From the human T2T-CHM13v2.0 reference genome, Homo sapiens, in the NCBI RefSeq assembly GCF_009914755.1, contig NC_060937.1: a DNA stretch of 64,000 nucleotides. One strand, written 5' to 3'. Both the position numbers and the translations under genes were made by a program. This document shows positions 29,568 through 52,979 of this stretch, one piece after another; the stretch's first letter is position 1, and each line of letters begins with the position of its first letter. A model generated the notes under the pieces. It had not been told where the DNA came from and ran no database searches. It saw only the letters and a list, made by a program, of their open reading frames with translations.

Positions 29568-29655
29568 ATTGAATTATCTTTGTGTTTTGTACACAGCCCA
29601 GTGTACAAAACTGGGATTGAGGGATTGAATTATCTTTGTGTTTTGTACACAGCCC
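29568..29655. repeat. Perfect 32-bp direct duplication with a 24-bp inverted-template spacer
   Basis: attgaattatctttgtgttttgtacacagccc at 29568-29599 and 29624-29655. Confidence 0.95.
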
Positions 29656-29799
29656 GGAGTGCTCAAGACATTCCAAAAAGGTTAAATGACAGCAGTAGCA
29701 GTCACCCCTCTTATGCAAGACATTCTGGGCTTCATCCAAGATAGGTGGAGCATTGCTGTATCACTCTCATGCATTCATTTGCTCATTTATTCTCTAAAT

Positions 29800-30070
29800 A
29801 AAGAGATAAGCAGAGGCCAGATTCCGTTAGGCCTTCCAGACCATAATGAAGAATTTGGTTTTGATTCTAAGAACTGTGGGAGGCCAGGGGACTGACATGG
29901 TCTGATTTGTGTTTTTAAAAGCTATCTCTGGCTGCAGTATGAGAATGGTTGATAGAGGTCAAGGTCAGGAGCAGGAGATCAGTTAGAGAAGCTATTGCAG
30001 AATTCCAGGCTACAGATAATGGTGGCTTAGACTAGGATGGTTGAAGTGGAAATGAAGAGAAGTGGACCAA
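29800..30070. mobile_element. L2 LINE relic
   Basis: ggccagatt...gaatttggttttgattctaag...tgacatggtctgatttgtgtttttaaaag..ctctggctgcagtatgagaatgg. Confidence 0.7.
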
Positions 30071-30929
30071 TTCTTGCCAAAACATATATCTGTAAGCCGA
30101 ACCCTATTTCTTATATTAGTGTTGCCTTCATTTAAGGCTGGGGGCTGGCTCCAGCATTTTGATGCTTGGGTTAGTGTGCTAGAAGCTGGCCTGGAAGCCT
30201 AGAAGTCTGGCCCCATTGGACCACCTTACTGGGTCAGATGTAATCCTGGCCCACTAGCCACTCATGCCTCTTGCAGGGTCATGAAGCTGCTTAAAATGTT
30301 TGTTCGGTAACTTAATTACTGTTTCACCTACATTCCATTGGCTTAAATTCTTTTCTTTTCTTTTTTTTTTTTAAATAAAAGAGATGCTGGAAGCGATGGT
30401 TTAATACATTTTAAAATTCTTTTCCCACCTATTTCCTACTCTGTTTGCATTGTCATTTGGGATATTTCATGCAAGCAATCTGTTGAAATGAGAATTTTAA
30501 TGTTGCGGGCATAATGTTGCTAGTATTGCTTTGAAAACACCACATCAGCTGTCACCAACACTGGACACGGCAGAGTTTATTTCACAGATATTTGCTAAGG
30601 GCTGGGTGTGCGGAAAAAAAAAAAAAAGGTATGGCCTCTGCTTCCAAGGAGCTTGAGAGGAAGGGAAAGTAATACAAATTCTTGAACATCTTTTAACTGC
30701 TAGCCTTTTACATCCACGACTCATTCAGCTGTTGCAATACCTCTGAGGTGAGTGTTACTCTTATCCTTGTCTTAGGATGAGGAAAGGGGCCCAGCCATCT
30801 GTCTCAAATCATACTGCTGTCGTGTACAAGCCGTGAGCTAAGCCCAAAGTCCATGGCCTTCCCACCTTATGCTGTAGGTACACTTCAAAAGCTGTCATGT
30901 CTTCTGTTTGAATACCACCCCTGCCCCTT

Positions 30930-31085
30930 CACAGCCGCAAGATCTTGGGAAAAATGTCTTCATCTCTGTGAGCCTCAGTTTCCTTATCTTTAAAATATAG
31001 ATAATAGTATTTACCTCAAAAGGGTATGCATGAAGCATATATGAAAGTTCTTGGCACATAGTAGCCAGGAACTAAATATTGTTAG
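30930..31085. mobile_element. MIR SINE relic
   Basis: ctctgtgagcctcagtttccttatctttaaaat..gataatagtatttacctca..ggcacatagtag. Confidence 0.7.
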
Positions 31086-31888
31086 TTTCCTTTTTTGGTG
31101 AACCAGTGTATGGCAAGAGAATTTGTGATGTGATTTTGGTGTAGAGTCTTAAGCAAGCATGGCAAGTATTTTTTGTTTGTTTTCAACTTCACAGATGTTA
31201 GAAAAGCTTGTGTTGTACATTTATGTTTAGACATTAGGAGAGAGATTCTTTCTTGGGTTGCAAGATTGTAGGATTTGTTTGCAGAGTATCTGTATCTGGA
31301 CAGAGAGGCATTCTCAAGCTCCTGGCCCATCCTACCCAATTCAGGTAGCAACAGGAGGGGAAAGAGGCAGTTGTTTGTATAAGGCATGTAAATGAAGGCT
31401 GAAAATCCTGTAGGGTCAATTCGTGTGTCCTTTGGAGCTGAAATTAATGGATATTTTCCTTTGAAGGATCGACTCTCCAGGCTATATCCAATACAATACA
31501 GGGACCTCACACTGTCTTTTTGTGAGGGATCATATTTATTTTTTCAGGCCTTGATGAAAACCAATTTGCCTTTCCTGAAACTAGACATTTAAGCTTTGAT
31601 GAGCTGACAAAGGGGGGATGGGCAGACAACAATAACCTTGCAGTCTATTTTAGGCTCTTAAAAATAATATATGGGACAATAGTATTGCTAGCTTCTCCAC
31701 AAAGTGCCCCTTTATAAGCATGTGTACAAGATAGGAAACTACCAACATGAGGGGAAAAAAGGCCAAAAGGCTGATCTTAATTATTGAACTGTGCTGTATT
31801 GGTTTCTTTTAGAGTGGATTGTGGAGGTCACATTTGTAGGAGATTCTCAGTTGGTTTACTGTAGTTTGTTAAAATTATTGAGACATAG

Positions 31889-32203
<315 letters not shown>

Positions 32204-32439
32204 AATTTTAACCCTTTAACATTTACTTTTACTCTTTAAGAACGACATTTACTCTTTAAGAAGAACTTTTCTTCCCTTACACAGTGTCTGCTTTGAACCG
32301 AGTCTTTGATATACAGAGACCCTATTAGACCCATCAAATGTCCTCTCAGCCCTTGGATTATTTCTCTTCCAACTCTGTTTTCCTATAATATGATCTACTA
32401 CATACCAGCAGCCAGTCTCGGGCAATATAACGAAGGCTA

Positions 32440-33400
32440 GCAGTATGTTCACATGGTCATGTGTATTTCTAAATTTTGCAAAACCAAGATGTGTTAAGTG
32501 CTGTCACTGAAGATCACTTTCTTTTTCCATTCTGACTTCCTCACCGTCATCATTCGCCTCCTGTCAGATAGTATCTGAGTGATGGGCACGTTTTGGATCT
32601 GGCTAGAGGAAGTTGAATTGGGGATACATGTATTTTAGTGTGATATTTTAATGTAGTTTGCAGTCCCTTTCATAGTCATCTGGGTGAGGAATGGCTTGTA
32701 GGAATATTCTTACCACCCATTGGACAGCTCACCAGCATGGATGGAGAGCAAAGGTGAAGGCCATAGGTCCTAAGGCTAGGAGCCAGTCCTATGGCACTCA
32801 TCCTAGAAATATGGGGTAGTGGAGAAAAATGAGGCTGGAAACAAGGTTTGAGAAGCTCAAATGTAGGAAATTCTTACCTCTGTAGACATAAAATTGTGAG
32901 CAGAAGAATTGATGCCAGCCAAATATATTCTCTCCTGTTTGGAATATATGCAGTGATACTGAGTATACAATTATAAACTCACTATGTGTGTGTATTTGTG
33001 TGTGTATATACATACTTTTAATTTTCTTTTTTGTTGAGAATAGTGTGGAATTGATTTTGTCAGAATCCCTATGTTTGTAGGGCACGAGCCTGAAGGCATG
33101 GAGCAAGAATGTCTGTGTGAGAAGACACATGATTTCTGCCTCCTATTCTGGATCTCATATATGTATCTTATTGCATCTGTTGCATCTTGTCCTGAGACAG
33201 CCTGATGGTTCCAGAGGAAAGTGTGCAAAATTGCCACTAAAGCAAGAGACATGCTCTGAGAAACAAGCATTCCATGACAAACTGTCACACATTTTCATCA
33301 ATAAGTCACGGTATATAGTATAAGAGGAATTCAATGAATTTCTCTTATGTAGCTTAGTGCAGTGTAGGAACGTTTGAATTGTTCTCGTATATGCCTTAAT
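32440..33400. mobile_element. hAT-Tip100 DNA transposon relic (Zaphod/MER115-like)
   Basis: Blocks resembling the recalled consensus: ttcacatggtcatgtgtatt..aattttgcaaaa, gaagttgaattggggatacat, aggaatggctt..aggaatattct, cagaatccctatgtttgtagggcac. Family name from memory. Confidence 0.5.
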
Positions 33401-33409
33401 TTCAGGTTA

Positions 33410-35700
<2,291 letters not shown>

Positions 35701-36448
35701 GAAAGAGATAGAGGAAACAAAAAGGATGCCATAAGTATAAGTTGAAAGAAAATATTTGTGGTATTTGCCAGCTTTAAAAAAGTTTGTAAGTTGTGTGATT
35801 TCTGTACTCATTCTCAATAAATGTTCATTATTTGTATCTAATTTTATGTATTTTTTCTTAAAGAGGGACACAAAATTTGCATATGCTTTAGGTTTCATAA
35901 AGCCTGGACTTGCCCTGTTTCATACCAATGTTGTGGACATATTCATAGCAGTCTGACAGTACCTGTGAGATGAGGAAGCAACATGCTGTAGTGGAAGAAG
36001 CAGCCTTGATTCTACCACTAGGAGCTGTGTAACTTCAGCTTGTTTCTTAGCCTCTGTGAATTTTGGTGTCCTCAGCTGTCAAGTTTGGATGTTGATCCAT
36101 CACAGAATTGTTGAGACTTAAAGGAACCCTCAGTGTACTTCTTGGCATGTGATAAACACTCAATAAATATAATTTCCTTTTTTCACTTGAGCTCTCTCTG
36201 ATGGTTTACAGATTTATCTTAGGTCAGGGACCCAGGTGAGGAAATGCGTTGTCCTTTCAAAATGAATTTTGATCTGAGGGTAGTAGGTAGAGAGTTGGGG
36301 TTTCCCCTGGGATTCTTGTCTTTAATAAACCCGAGACAAAATGAATCACAATGGTGTTTTCTCTAGATGTAAAACAAAGTATGCAGTGCCTTCATCAGCT
36401 GTGTAGAGTATTGGGCTGAAAGTATTCCAATTTAGTGTGTCTGCCACT

Positions 36449-36470
36449 ACACACACACACACACACACAC
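36449..36470. repeat. (AC)n microsatellite
   Basis: AC run. Confidence 0.9.
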
Positions 36471-36900
36471 TCATTTGGTATGACCCAAGGATTACATTAT
36501 TCTGAATCACTGCAGTTTTTTGACATAGCTTCATTCTTCAATCAAAAATATTGATGAACAAAGCCCTGGGCCAGGTGCTGGATTCCCTTGAAATGTAGGA
36601 GTCTGGGAACTAGGATTTGGCATTCACGGGTGTCCTAATGAGCCTGGAGCAGCACATTCTTTCCAATATGTGTGCTTTGGCTATATGTACCAGCGATAGC
36701 CTCTATGAGGTGGGGATGGGACGGGAACCCCAGGTTAGCTAAATACTGACTTGCTGTCAGGGTATGATTTAGTCATCATAGCAGACTGGGTTAATACCTA
36801 TGATACTGGACTATGAACTCTTTTCTTTAAGGACAAGACACAAGACTACTTTTTTCAGTGCCCGCCATGGCTAGTACATAGTAGGTGTTTGTAGCATTTA

Positions 36901-37354
<454 letters not shown>

Positions 37355-38030
37355 TTATGTCCCTTAGCCTGCTGTTGTGGAGGAATAGGAGTCATTTTGA
37401 AATGGGGAATCAGAAGCAGTCTGTTTCACACTTTGCTCACAAGTGATTCCTCTGAGTGAAAGAAGTCAAACCAAAGCAAGTCCAGGGAAGTCTGAGAAGT
37501 TAGCATACTTGCAAAGACAAAACAGCCACAAGTCAACTGACAGCTGAGTGAGTGCCTGTCTGGACGTTATCCTGCAGGCAGTTAGGAAGAAACATTGTTT
37601 GAAGACGCCTGTCACCAGCACACATGACTGATTTCTCATCAGAAGAGGGATTGTGAGTGAAATAAGAAAAAGTCTGTGTAATATGTGTCATGATGAGTTA
37701 TACATTTACCTATTAACTGTATACAAAACCTTTATGCATATAGATTATCCATATTTTATTTGGGGGCCATCTGGTTAATTTGCCTGCTTTCTAAACTATT
37801 GAGTCAAATAAGCTCACTCAGGTATTGTCAGAATGAACCCACCTAATCTGGTTAACATTTTGGTGTCTGGGCAAGGTCTACCCAGGATCAAATCTGTTGA
37901 CGCCCTTCTCTCCAACCCCAGCCCTGTCCCTACCTACACACACGCTTTGTTTAAAAATACTCATTGGTGCTTACTCTGTGTCAGGTGTCAGGTAGTGTGC
38001 TAGCACTGAGGATGCATAGTCCTTTCCCTC

Positions 38031-38340
38031 TTTTTTTTTTTTCTTTGGGACAGTGTCTTACTCTGTCACCCAAGCTGGAGTGCAGTGGTGTGATCGTGGC
38101 TCACTGCAGCCTTATCCTTGACCTCCTGGGCTCAGCTGATCTTCCCACCTCAGTACCTCCTGAGTAACTGGGACTACAGCTGTGCACTACCACCGGGCTA
38201 ATTTTTCAGTTTTATGTTTTTGTAGACATGGGGTCTTACTATGTTGCCTAGGCTGATCTTGAACTCCTGGACTCAAGCAATCCTCCTCCCTCAGCCTCCC
38301 AAACTGCTGGGATTACAGTTGTGAGCCACTGTACCCGGCC
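38031..38340 (-). mobile_element. AluJ SINE
   Basis: Diverged full dimer. Confidence 0.9.
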
Positions 38341-38619
38341 TCATCATATCCCTCTTGAAGCTTGCAGTGTAGGACAGGTGAACCCAGCAGCCACATCTCT
38401 TATTTGGGTATTGCGGGAGACCTGGCATAGTCAGCATCCAGCAGTGTTTCCAGAGTGGCTGGCCTTGCTGCTTCTCCTCACTTGCTCCTCAAGGGCAAGA
38501 TGATATGCAGGTTACCACTGAAGCAAATGTCCCATCCATTGTCTTCTGGTCCGCTTAAACCTTGATCTAGTAATTAATTATATGAAAGAACAGAAAAAGT
38601 TTCAGAGAATGATAATCTG

Positions 38620-38865
38620 TTTTAAAATTTTCTTATTCATTTTTAATAGTTGTGTTTTTGGGGTACATATGATTTTTGATATGTGTATACAATGTGTAAT
38701 GATCAAATCAGGGTAATTGGGGTATCTGTCACCTCAAACATTTATTTTTTCTTTGTGTTGGGAACATTGCAATTCTTCTCTTCTAGTTATTTTGAAATAT
38801 ACAATAAATTATCATTAACTATAATTTCCCTACTGTAGTATCAAATACTAGAACTTATTCCTTAT
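38620..38865 (-). mobile_element. L1MA 3' end fragment with preserved TSD
   Basis: ggggtacat...tatacaatgtgtaatgatcaaatcagggtaattgggg...tagaacttattcctt; TSD aatgataatct at 38608-38618 and 38866-38876. Confidence 0.8.
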
Positions 38866-39841
38866 AATGATAATCTCTTTAATAGTCATATTTAAATGCC
38901 AATTTACAAATGGAGTAAAATATTTAACAGAATTGAATTGATAATTTTGAGGCCTTTGTTAATAACTACTCTTAATTGCAGCAATTTTGTTTTGGACAGA
39001 GATTATGGGAATAAATTTTAATTCTGGTTGGAAAATAGTACTGAAACAGCACTTGTCTTATTCTTTCAAATTTTTAGTACTTGGGTATTTGGAGTCATTG
39101 AGATTTACTCTTTGTATATGCAGGAACATTAGTTGTTTCAGACTGGACAATGGCTGGTTATAAGTAGTTGAATAAAATCCCTGCAGTTCATCCATTCTTC
39201 TCCTACCAGCAGGTGTCATTATGGAAATATGAAAATAGTGTAAATTCCAGAGTTGTAGGAACTAGCTGTGAGAAAGAAAAGTAACACTTTGGATATTAAA
39301 AAACAACAAAAAATGAAAAAATCATTTGGCACTAAGCAAGGATGGCATGTTTAATTACTGATTTGGCAGTGTTCTACAGTATGATGTAATAGGATTTTAA
39401 AGCACATAATTTATTTTAATTAGATTAAGTAAATATTTATAAGAACCATTCTAGGCTCATAGGAGTCACAAAAGAAAAGTAAGATGTGATTCTTATCCTC
39501 GAGGAGCCGACATGATATCTGAGGATACATTAATGAAATAATTAGTTCATAGAATGAATCAATCTTTCTTTTTTACATGCTGGATTGAAGAACATAGACA
39601 GTAAAAGTTGCAAAAGCTGGAGGGACTGAGTAGTGTTTTTGATTGTGGGTTAATCAAAGAAAAAGTTTTAAAAATTCAAGTAGGGAGGAACTTCAAAATA
39701 ATTTGGTAACTTGATAGCTCATTCCTTCCTTTCTTGCTAACTGCCTATCTCTCGCTATAATCTAAAGTAATAATTATAATAATTACATATTACATATGTA
39801 TCCAAGGATGTAACAATTGGATTTAACAGTTTACTATAATC

Positions 39842-40177
<336 letters not shown>

Positions 40178-40579
40178 CTAATATGATCAAATCTTTCTAA
40201 AAACTAAGGTAAACATTATAAGTGAGCATTTGTATTAGGAGACTTTTCCAGGAACCTGGATCAGGTTCTAAGTGTGCTCGGTCAGGGTCAGTGCTTCATT
40301 CACCCTGTTTTCCCCTCTAGACTGTGAGGTTTTCTAAGGCATGGGATATGTGGCATTCCTCTTTGCATTCCTGGCACTCTTAATTCTGCCTCTGGATCTG
40401 TAGTGAGCTCTTAGTACATGTTTGTTGAATGACAGTATCACCAAAGGATAGGGTATTTACAGTCCTTTGTACATTATATTGTTAGAATGAATGCATATTG
40501 ATACTAGACTAGGCAACCTCAGGTTGAATATTTCAGAAAACTGGATTGAGAAACCTGGCTTGAAAAGTTGATAGCATAG

Positions 40580-42206
<1,627 letters not shown>

Positions 42207-42559
42207 GAAAAGTTGATAGCATAGATTCTGAAGTTTTCTCTTTTGATTCCACTTCTCCATCCGAGGACATATATTTCAAAAAGTATTTCAGTAAGCGATG
42301 TGATTACAGGACATTGTCCATGAGATATAGAGGACATTGTACTTCATCTAAATAAAACTGGGCCTAATTTTAGGCAGAAGGATGTACGTAGTGTTATTTT
42401 ATTACCTTTTCAACAACTTTCTTAGTAATCAGTCATTTTCAATGAAGACAGTTTGTTCACCACCATATTTGAAGACTATTATTAATTTACCAGCTGCTAT
42501 ATGGTAAGGGGTCTGTCCTCAGCCTACCTTTGGTAGTTTGAACTAGTTATACTTTGTTC

Positions 42560-43130
42560 ATCATTTTCTGACATCTCCAGCTGCTTACTAGACTTCTCTG
42601 TTTTGATTTTCCATTGTCACCTCCTATGTAACATGTCAAATAGGGAAATCATCGCTTTTACCTATAAACCACATCTTCCTTTAAGGCCATACCTTTTCTT
42701 TTAATGTTACCATTTATTTTCCAGTTCCCCAGGTGAAAAACTTTGATGTTTCCTTGTTCTCAACCCCTTCCCCGATCCAATCAATCAAAATAGTATCTAT
42801 ACTTCCTTTGTGATGCCTATGATAACCATTCTTTTCTTCCTTTCTGTTTCTATTACCAAGACCCTGGATTAGACCACGCATGAATGACATAGCTTCTTGA
42901 ATCATCCTATTAGCGTTTTCTCCTCTTTTACCCCCTATTAGTGAGTAGGAACATTTTAGTTAGAATTACTCAAATATCGGTACCAAGTCCACACCCTTAA
43001 TCAGAGTTGCTAGGGCCCTTCATGACTTGCTGATGATCACTCTAACTCAACTCTTGTACCCTTAAAACTGTTTGCTCTGGTCATATAGAAAAATGCAATT
43101 TTCCAATCTAGCCATGTTCTCTTTGACTTC
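42560..43130. mobile_element. L2 LINE relic
   Basis: aacatgtcaaa..aatcatc..cttcct..ccaggtgaaaaactttgatgtttccttg..atccaatcaatca pattern typical of L2. Confidence 0.5.
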
Positions 43131-43135
43131 CAGAT

Positions 43136-43590
43136 TATTTGTATTGTGGTAGAATACACATAACATAAAATTGACCATTTTAACCATTTTGAAGTGCACA
43201 GTTCAGTGGCACTAAGTATATTCCCATTGTTCTGCAACCATCACCATCATCCATCTCGAGAAATGTTTCATCTTCCTAAACAGAAACTCTGTACCCATTA
43301 AACACTAATTACCTATTTCCCCTCCTCCCAGCTTCTGGCAGCCACTATTCTACTTTCTATCTCTATGAATTTAACTACTCAAAGTACCTCATATAAGTGG
43401 AAGTATACAATATAGGTCCTTTTGTGGCTGGCTTGTTTCACTTTGCATAATGTCCTCAAAGTTCATCTATGTTGTAGCATGTGTCAGAATTTCCTTCCTT
43501 TTTAAGGCTGAATAATATTCCATTATATGTCTATGCCACATTTTGTTTATTCATTCATCCACTGAGAGACATTTGGGTTGCAGTTTCTTC
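43136..43590 (-). mobile_element. L1MB 3' end fragment
   Basis: attgtggtagaatacacataacataaaattgaccattttaaccattttgaagtgcacagttcagtggcactaag...tttttaaggctgaataatattccatt. Confidence 0.85.
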
Positions 43591-44539
43591 TCTTTAAGTG
43601 TATTCTGCTAATTAAAAACAGGTTACTCTTCCTGCCACTTCTTTCAGTCATGTTACTTTGCTGCTCAGAAGCCTTCAATGAGTTCCTTTTTACAGATAGG
43701 GTAAGTCGCAGCATGCACAGCATAACACTCAAGGCTCTTGCCTCTCTGGGCCCTGACCTATGTATAAAACCTTTCTGTTAATTATTAGTCTTCAACATTT
43801 ATTCATGAAACATAGTTTTTGAGTGTCTGGTATGTGTTGGGCCTTGGGGTAAGTGCAGAGTAAACCAAATAGATATTGTCCCTTACCCTATGGAACTGAC
43901 TTTGGAGTTAAGTGATTCCTTCGCTCAAGCCAGAAGGCTCTCCTTTTTACCTTGGAAGCTGGCTACTTCACCCAACATGAATATACCAAAGACCATTTGG
44001 TAAATGACCAGCTCACCAAAGCTAATTCTGCAAAAATCACTTGACCAAATAATGATTTTGCTGAAAAATTGAGGTTTATATTTTTTACTTTGTCCCTGTC
44101 ATCACTGCTGTTCTCTTCCTGGGCATGCATTGGCCAACTGCTGTTTAATATGAACTTTGCCTGTTTTTCACATTCCAGACTCTGAGAATTTTTAGAATGG
44201 TCAACATTTTCTACGGGATGGTCAAGTGTTTTCCATTTGTTTGTTTATTTTTTAAAGCACTGTTTTTTGTCTTAATTACTTTTGCCTCTGTCCCTATTGC
44301 TTCTGCTTCTGCACCTTCCTGTGCCCTGGTGCAATGGCTATGAGAAATTGCTCTAAACCCTGTGTAAAGGATTTGCCAGATGATTGCTCAGTGAATTGTT
44401 CATTCGTTGAGTTAGTCAGTAAGAAGATGATCATTTGGCAAATTAGTTTCCAAACATTTTAAAATTTCTTCTCTCCCTTGTAGGAAATCAAAGGGAAGCA
44501 TTTTCTACTATTTTTTTCAGGTCTATCCTCTCTGTTTGA

Positions 44540-44854
<315 letters not shown>

Positions 44855-44876
44855 TAATAGCTCTGTTGATTTGTTT

Positions 44877-44923
44877 TTGGGAGTAGCCTTCTTGTGAGTA
44901 GGCTTCTTGGGAGTAGCCTTCTT
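44877..44923. repeat. 15-bp tandem repeat, 3 copies
   Basis: ttgggagtagccttc ttgtgagtaggcttc ttgggagtagccttc. Confidence 0.85.
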
Positions 44924-46505
44924 ACATCTTGTGCTCAGAATCAGTAGTTGCTTGGTTAATCTAAAGAAGCTGGTTAAGGTGTAGAATCATAAAAACAATA
45001 TAGACACATCTTTTAAAATAAAACTCCAATGTGCATTCTATTAACCAATCCTTTAGGATCAAGACATTTTCTTCCAAAATGGGTCCACTAATTATTCATA
45101 TCATCTCTCTTTCATAAACCATACTCATTATGAATTACCTATGATTTCCAGTTTCAGTTTCTTTAGACAGGAGCAAGATCTTAAAGACACTGTGATACAA
45201 TGAGTAAAGAATCCTGGTGTATTTTTACTATTTTTCCCTGCCATTAACACTTGTCATATACAGTTTAAGAGCAGATTATCTTAGCAACATATCTGTATTG
45301 ATTCTTTAAAAGGATTCAACCTATTTTTTAATGTAACTATTTTTATTGTCACATTCATCAGACAACATATTTAAGTAAATATGATTATAATAACAAATAC
45401 AAGTGGCACAACTTTTCTATCAATTGCCTGTTGGTAAGCGAACCATGCAATTGCTGGGAGTAGAAGCCTACAGGCTTACAAGGGAGGAGGCTGCGAGCCA
45501 GGAGCACTGAGCATGCCTGGTATCAGCCAGTATGTTTCCCTGAGGACATAGGGAGCACTGGTTAAATGTATAGTCATTTAGTGCAGGTTGGCTATACAGG
45601 CTTTTACTGTATTTGTTCATCCTTATAGACAAAGCTGTGTTATTGCTTACTATCTTGTAATAAAGTAGGAGTTGAGGTGAGATCTAGCAGAAATTGATAT
45701 GGGGAACTGCACAAATCCTTCAGGTTCAAATGACAAGAACAGGGAATATTTACATTTGATGTAAATTTGCATCACTTCATCAGAGGTCCAGAACCTGTGG
45801 GAATGGGGGTGCAGAGAGTGAAGAAGCAGTTTTAGACTGACATCGTTGGCAACTTTATCTTGGGGCAGACGGACCATCTCTGCCAGGAACTCTACTCCTC
45901 TGCCTAAATGACCATGCGGCCCCCCTTCCAAGGGAAGTCTCTAGGTGGACATCATGTGACTGCCCACCCCTTGGACTGCACCCACCTTCCATGTAAGGAA
46001 GTGCTAGTGGCCTTCTATCAGGGTCTCTTCCACTGACTTCTGTATGTATATGTGTGTGGGAAGGAATTGTGTGTTGGGGGTAGGAGGTGGGGTCAGGGCT
46101 CTGTGCCTCTGCAGTGCATCCAGAAATTCCTCAACATTTTTGACAGTGTATATGCCCTCTCTAGTTTCCAGTACTGATAAAAGCTTTTCCCTGTTTTTGT
46201 ATTCCGCTTGTCACTTCCCTGGAAATCCACATAGAAGCGATTGGAAGTCTGTCCTCTTTTATTCCAAATCTTCCTCTTCCCCTTCACCTCAAACTTTGTA
46301 TTTTAGGCTCTTAAACGGGTCTGTACATAACTTTTTCCTCTGCTATAAGCACATAACTAATAAACTATGGGTTAGAGTAAGGTAATTGGCAGTTCTGTTT
46401 CTCAGTGTTCATACCATTAAAATGATTTTTCCAAATCAGACTCAAGGCAATGGAATAATAATAATGAGAAGTTATTTTGCACTGTGCTTTATGGTTTTAC
46501 CATGA

Positions 46506-46991
<486 letters not shown>

Positions 46992-48264
46992 TCAGCATTG
47001 TCTCATGTAGGTACAGTTACATCAGGTCATTATCTTGTTGGGGCTATTACTTTAAAAAAATAGATACAGTTTTTGACAAAAAAGAAAGATAGACAAATAA
47101 AATGTCAAGGACAGCCAAGACAGACCCTAGCTTCAATCTTGAGGATGGCTTTCAGAAAATCACGGCTGGATTTCCTTGCCTGTGATCTTGTTTTTGAACT
47201 GCCTAAACCTGCACTGTCACAAATGGGCACATTTTTGCTCGACCAAAGAAAAGATGAATTTGGTGGCTTTGGAACAACATTTTCTTCATTTGCTCAACCA
47301 CAGGGAGAATAAGGGCTATTTGAGAAATAGCCCTTGGACAGCAGGCATCTTTCTTCTAACAGAAGACGAAATGGATCCTCCATCTGTCTCACCATACAAC
47401 CCTTGCTGTATGTGTCAACTTGGGTTGAAATCTTATAGATGCTGTTGTCGATCTCTGAACTCAAAAATCTCTTGTATTACTATAAATTACCCTCATTGAC
47501 TTCCCTAAGTGTTCTCAGATTTCTCTTCTAAAACTGTCCCTCCAGGGATCTGCAGGGAAGATGAAGATTTTTTGTTTGTTTGTTTGTTTGTTTTTTGGGT
47601 GGGTAGGGGGGACACCAAATGCCATGAACTCAGTCCCTGCTTTGATTTGGGAAGCTGACCATATCTGAGGCAATTCTCCTACAGCTGTGGTTCAATTCTC
47701 CTCTTCTTTTCATTACCTCCCAGGCTAGGAGCCTCTGATTGTGTGAAGGTGGGGTAAGTAGCATGACTCTCCATAAAGAAAAGCCCATGCTTACTCCCAA
47801 GATGAGGCAGTGAGCCTTAATAAAAAAGGTGCTGGAAGTAATCCCCCTTTAAGACAGTCTAACATGAGAAATGCTCAAGAGAATATTGTGCACATATTAG
47901 ACACCCAATCAGTATTTGTTGAGTGAGTACATGAATGCAGCAGTGGGTGGCAGTTATGCTAGGCCATTTCTGGTGCAGCCTCCATGTCTGTTTACCTCTT
48001 CAGACCTTAATTCTTCATCTCCTTTCCTCTCCTTATCATGGTTCCATTGTTGCTCTGCTTTTTCTTGCTAACTCAGGGGAAAAGACAAGGGCTAGTTTGG
48101 GGATTACATTTCAAGGCTGCACTGAACTGATGGCAATTGAAGGACAGAGAATGGGAACTACAAAGGATGCTTCTGAACCAGATTCCTATATAACTTCTCT
48201 CAAATGCAGACATAGATGCCTGCCTCTGCCAGTCTTGATGCTAGGATAGGGCTGATGGTCATAG

Positions 48265-48720
<456 letters not shown>

Positions 48721-49086
48721 TAACTTCTCAGTTTTTAAAAACATGGCTTGTGTCTGTTCCCATTGTCATTTCTGGCCTTCATATGGCCACAACTACCTGT
48801 TAAGTCAGTGGAAAACAGACTGTGGCTTTTCTTAGGTGTTTTCTTCTTTTTTTTTTTTTGGTTAGGGTTTTTTTTTTTTTTATTATACTTTAAGTTTTAG
48901 GGTACATGTGCACATTGTGCAGGTTAGTTACATATGTATACATGTGCCATGCTGGTGCGCTGCACCCACTAACTCGTCATCTAGCATTAGGTATATCTCC
49001 CAATGCTACCCCTCCCCCCTCCCCCCACCCCACCACAGTCCCCAGAGTGTGATATTCCCCTTCCTGTGTCCATGTGATCTCATTGT

Positions 49087-52916
<3,830 letters not shown>

Positions 52917-52979
52917 TATGATGTTAGCTGGTTTTTTTGCTCGTTAGTTGATGCAGTTTCTTCCTCGTCTTGATGGTCT

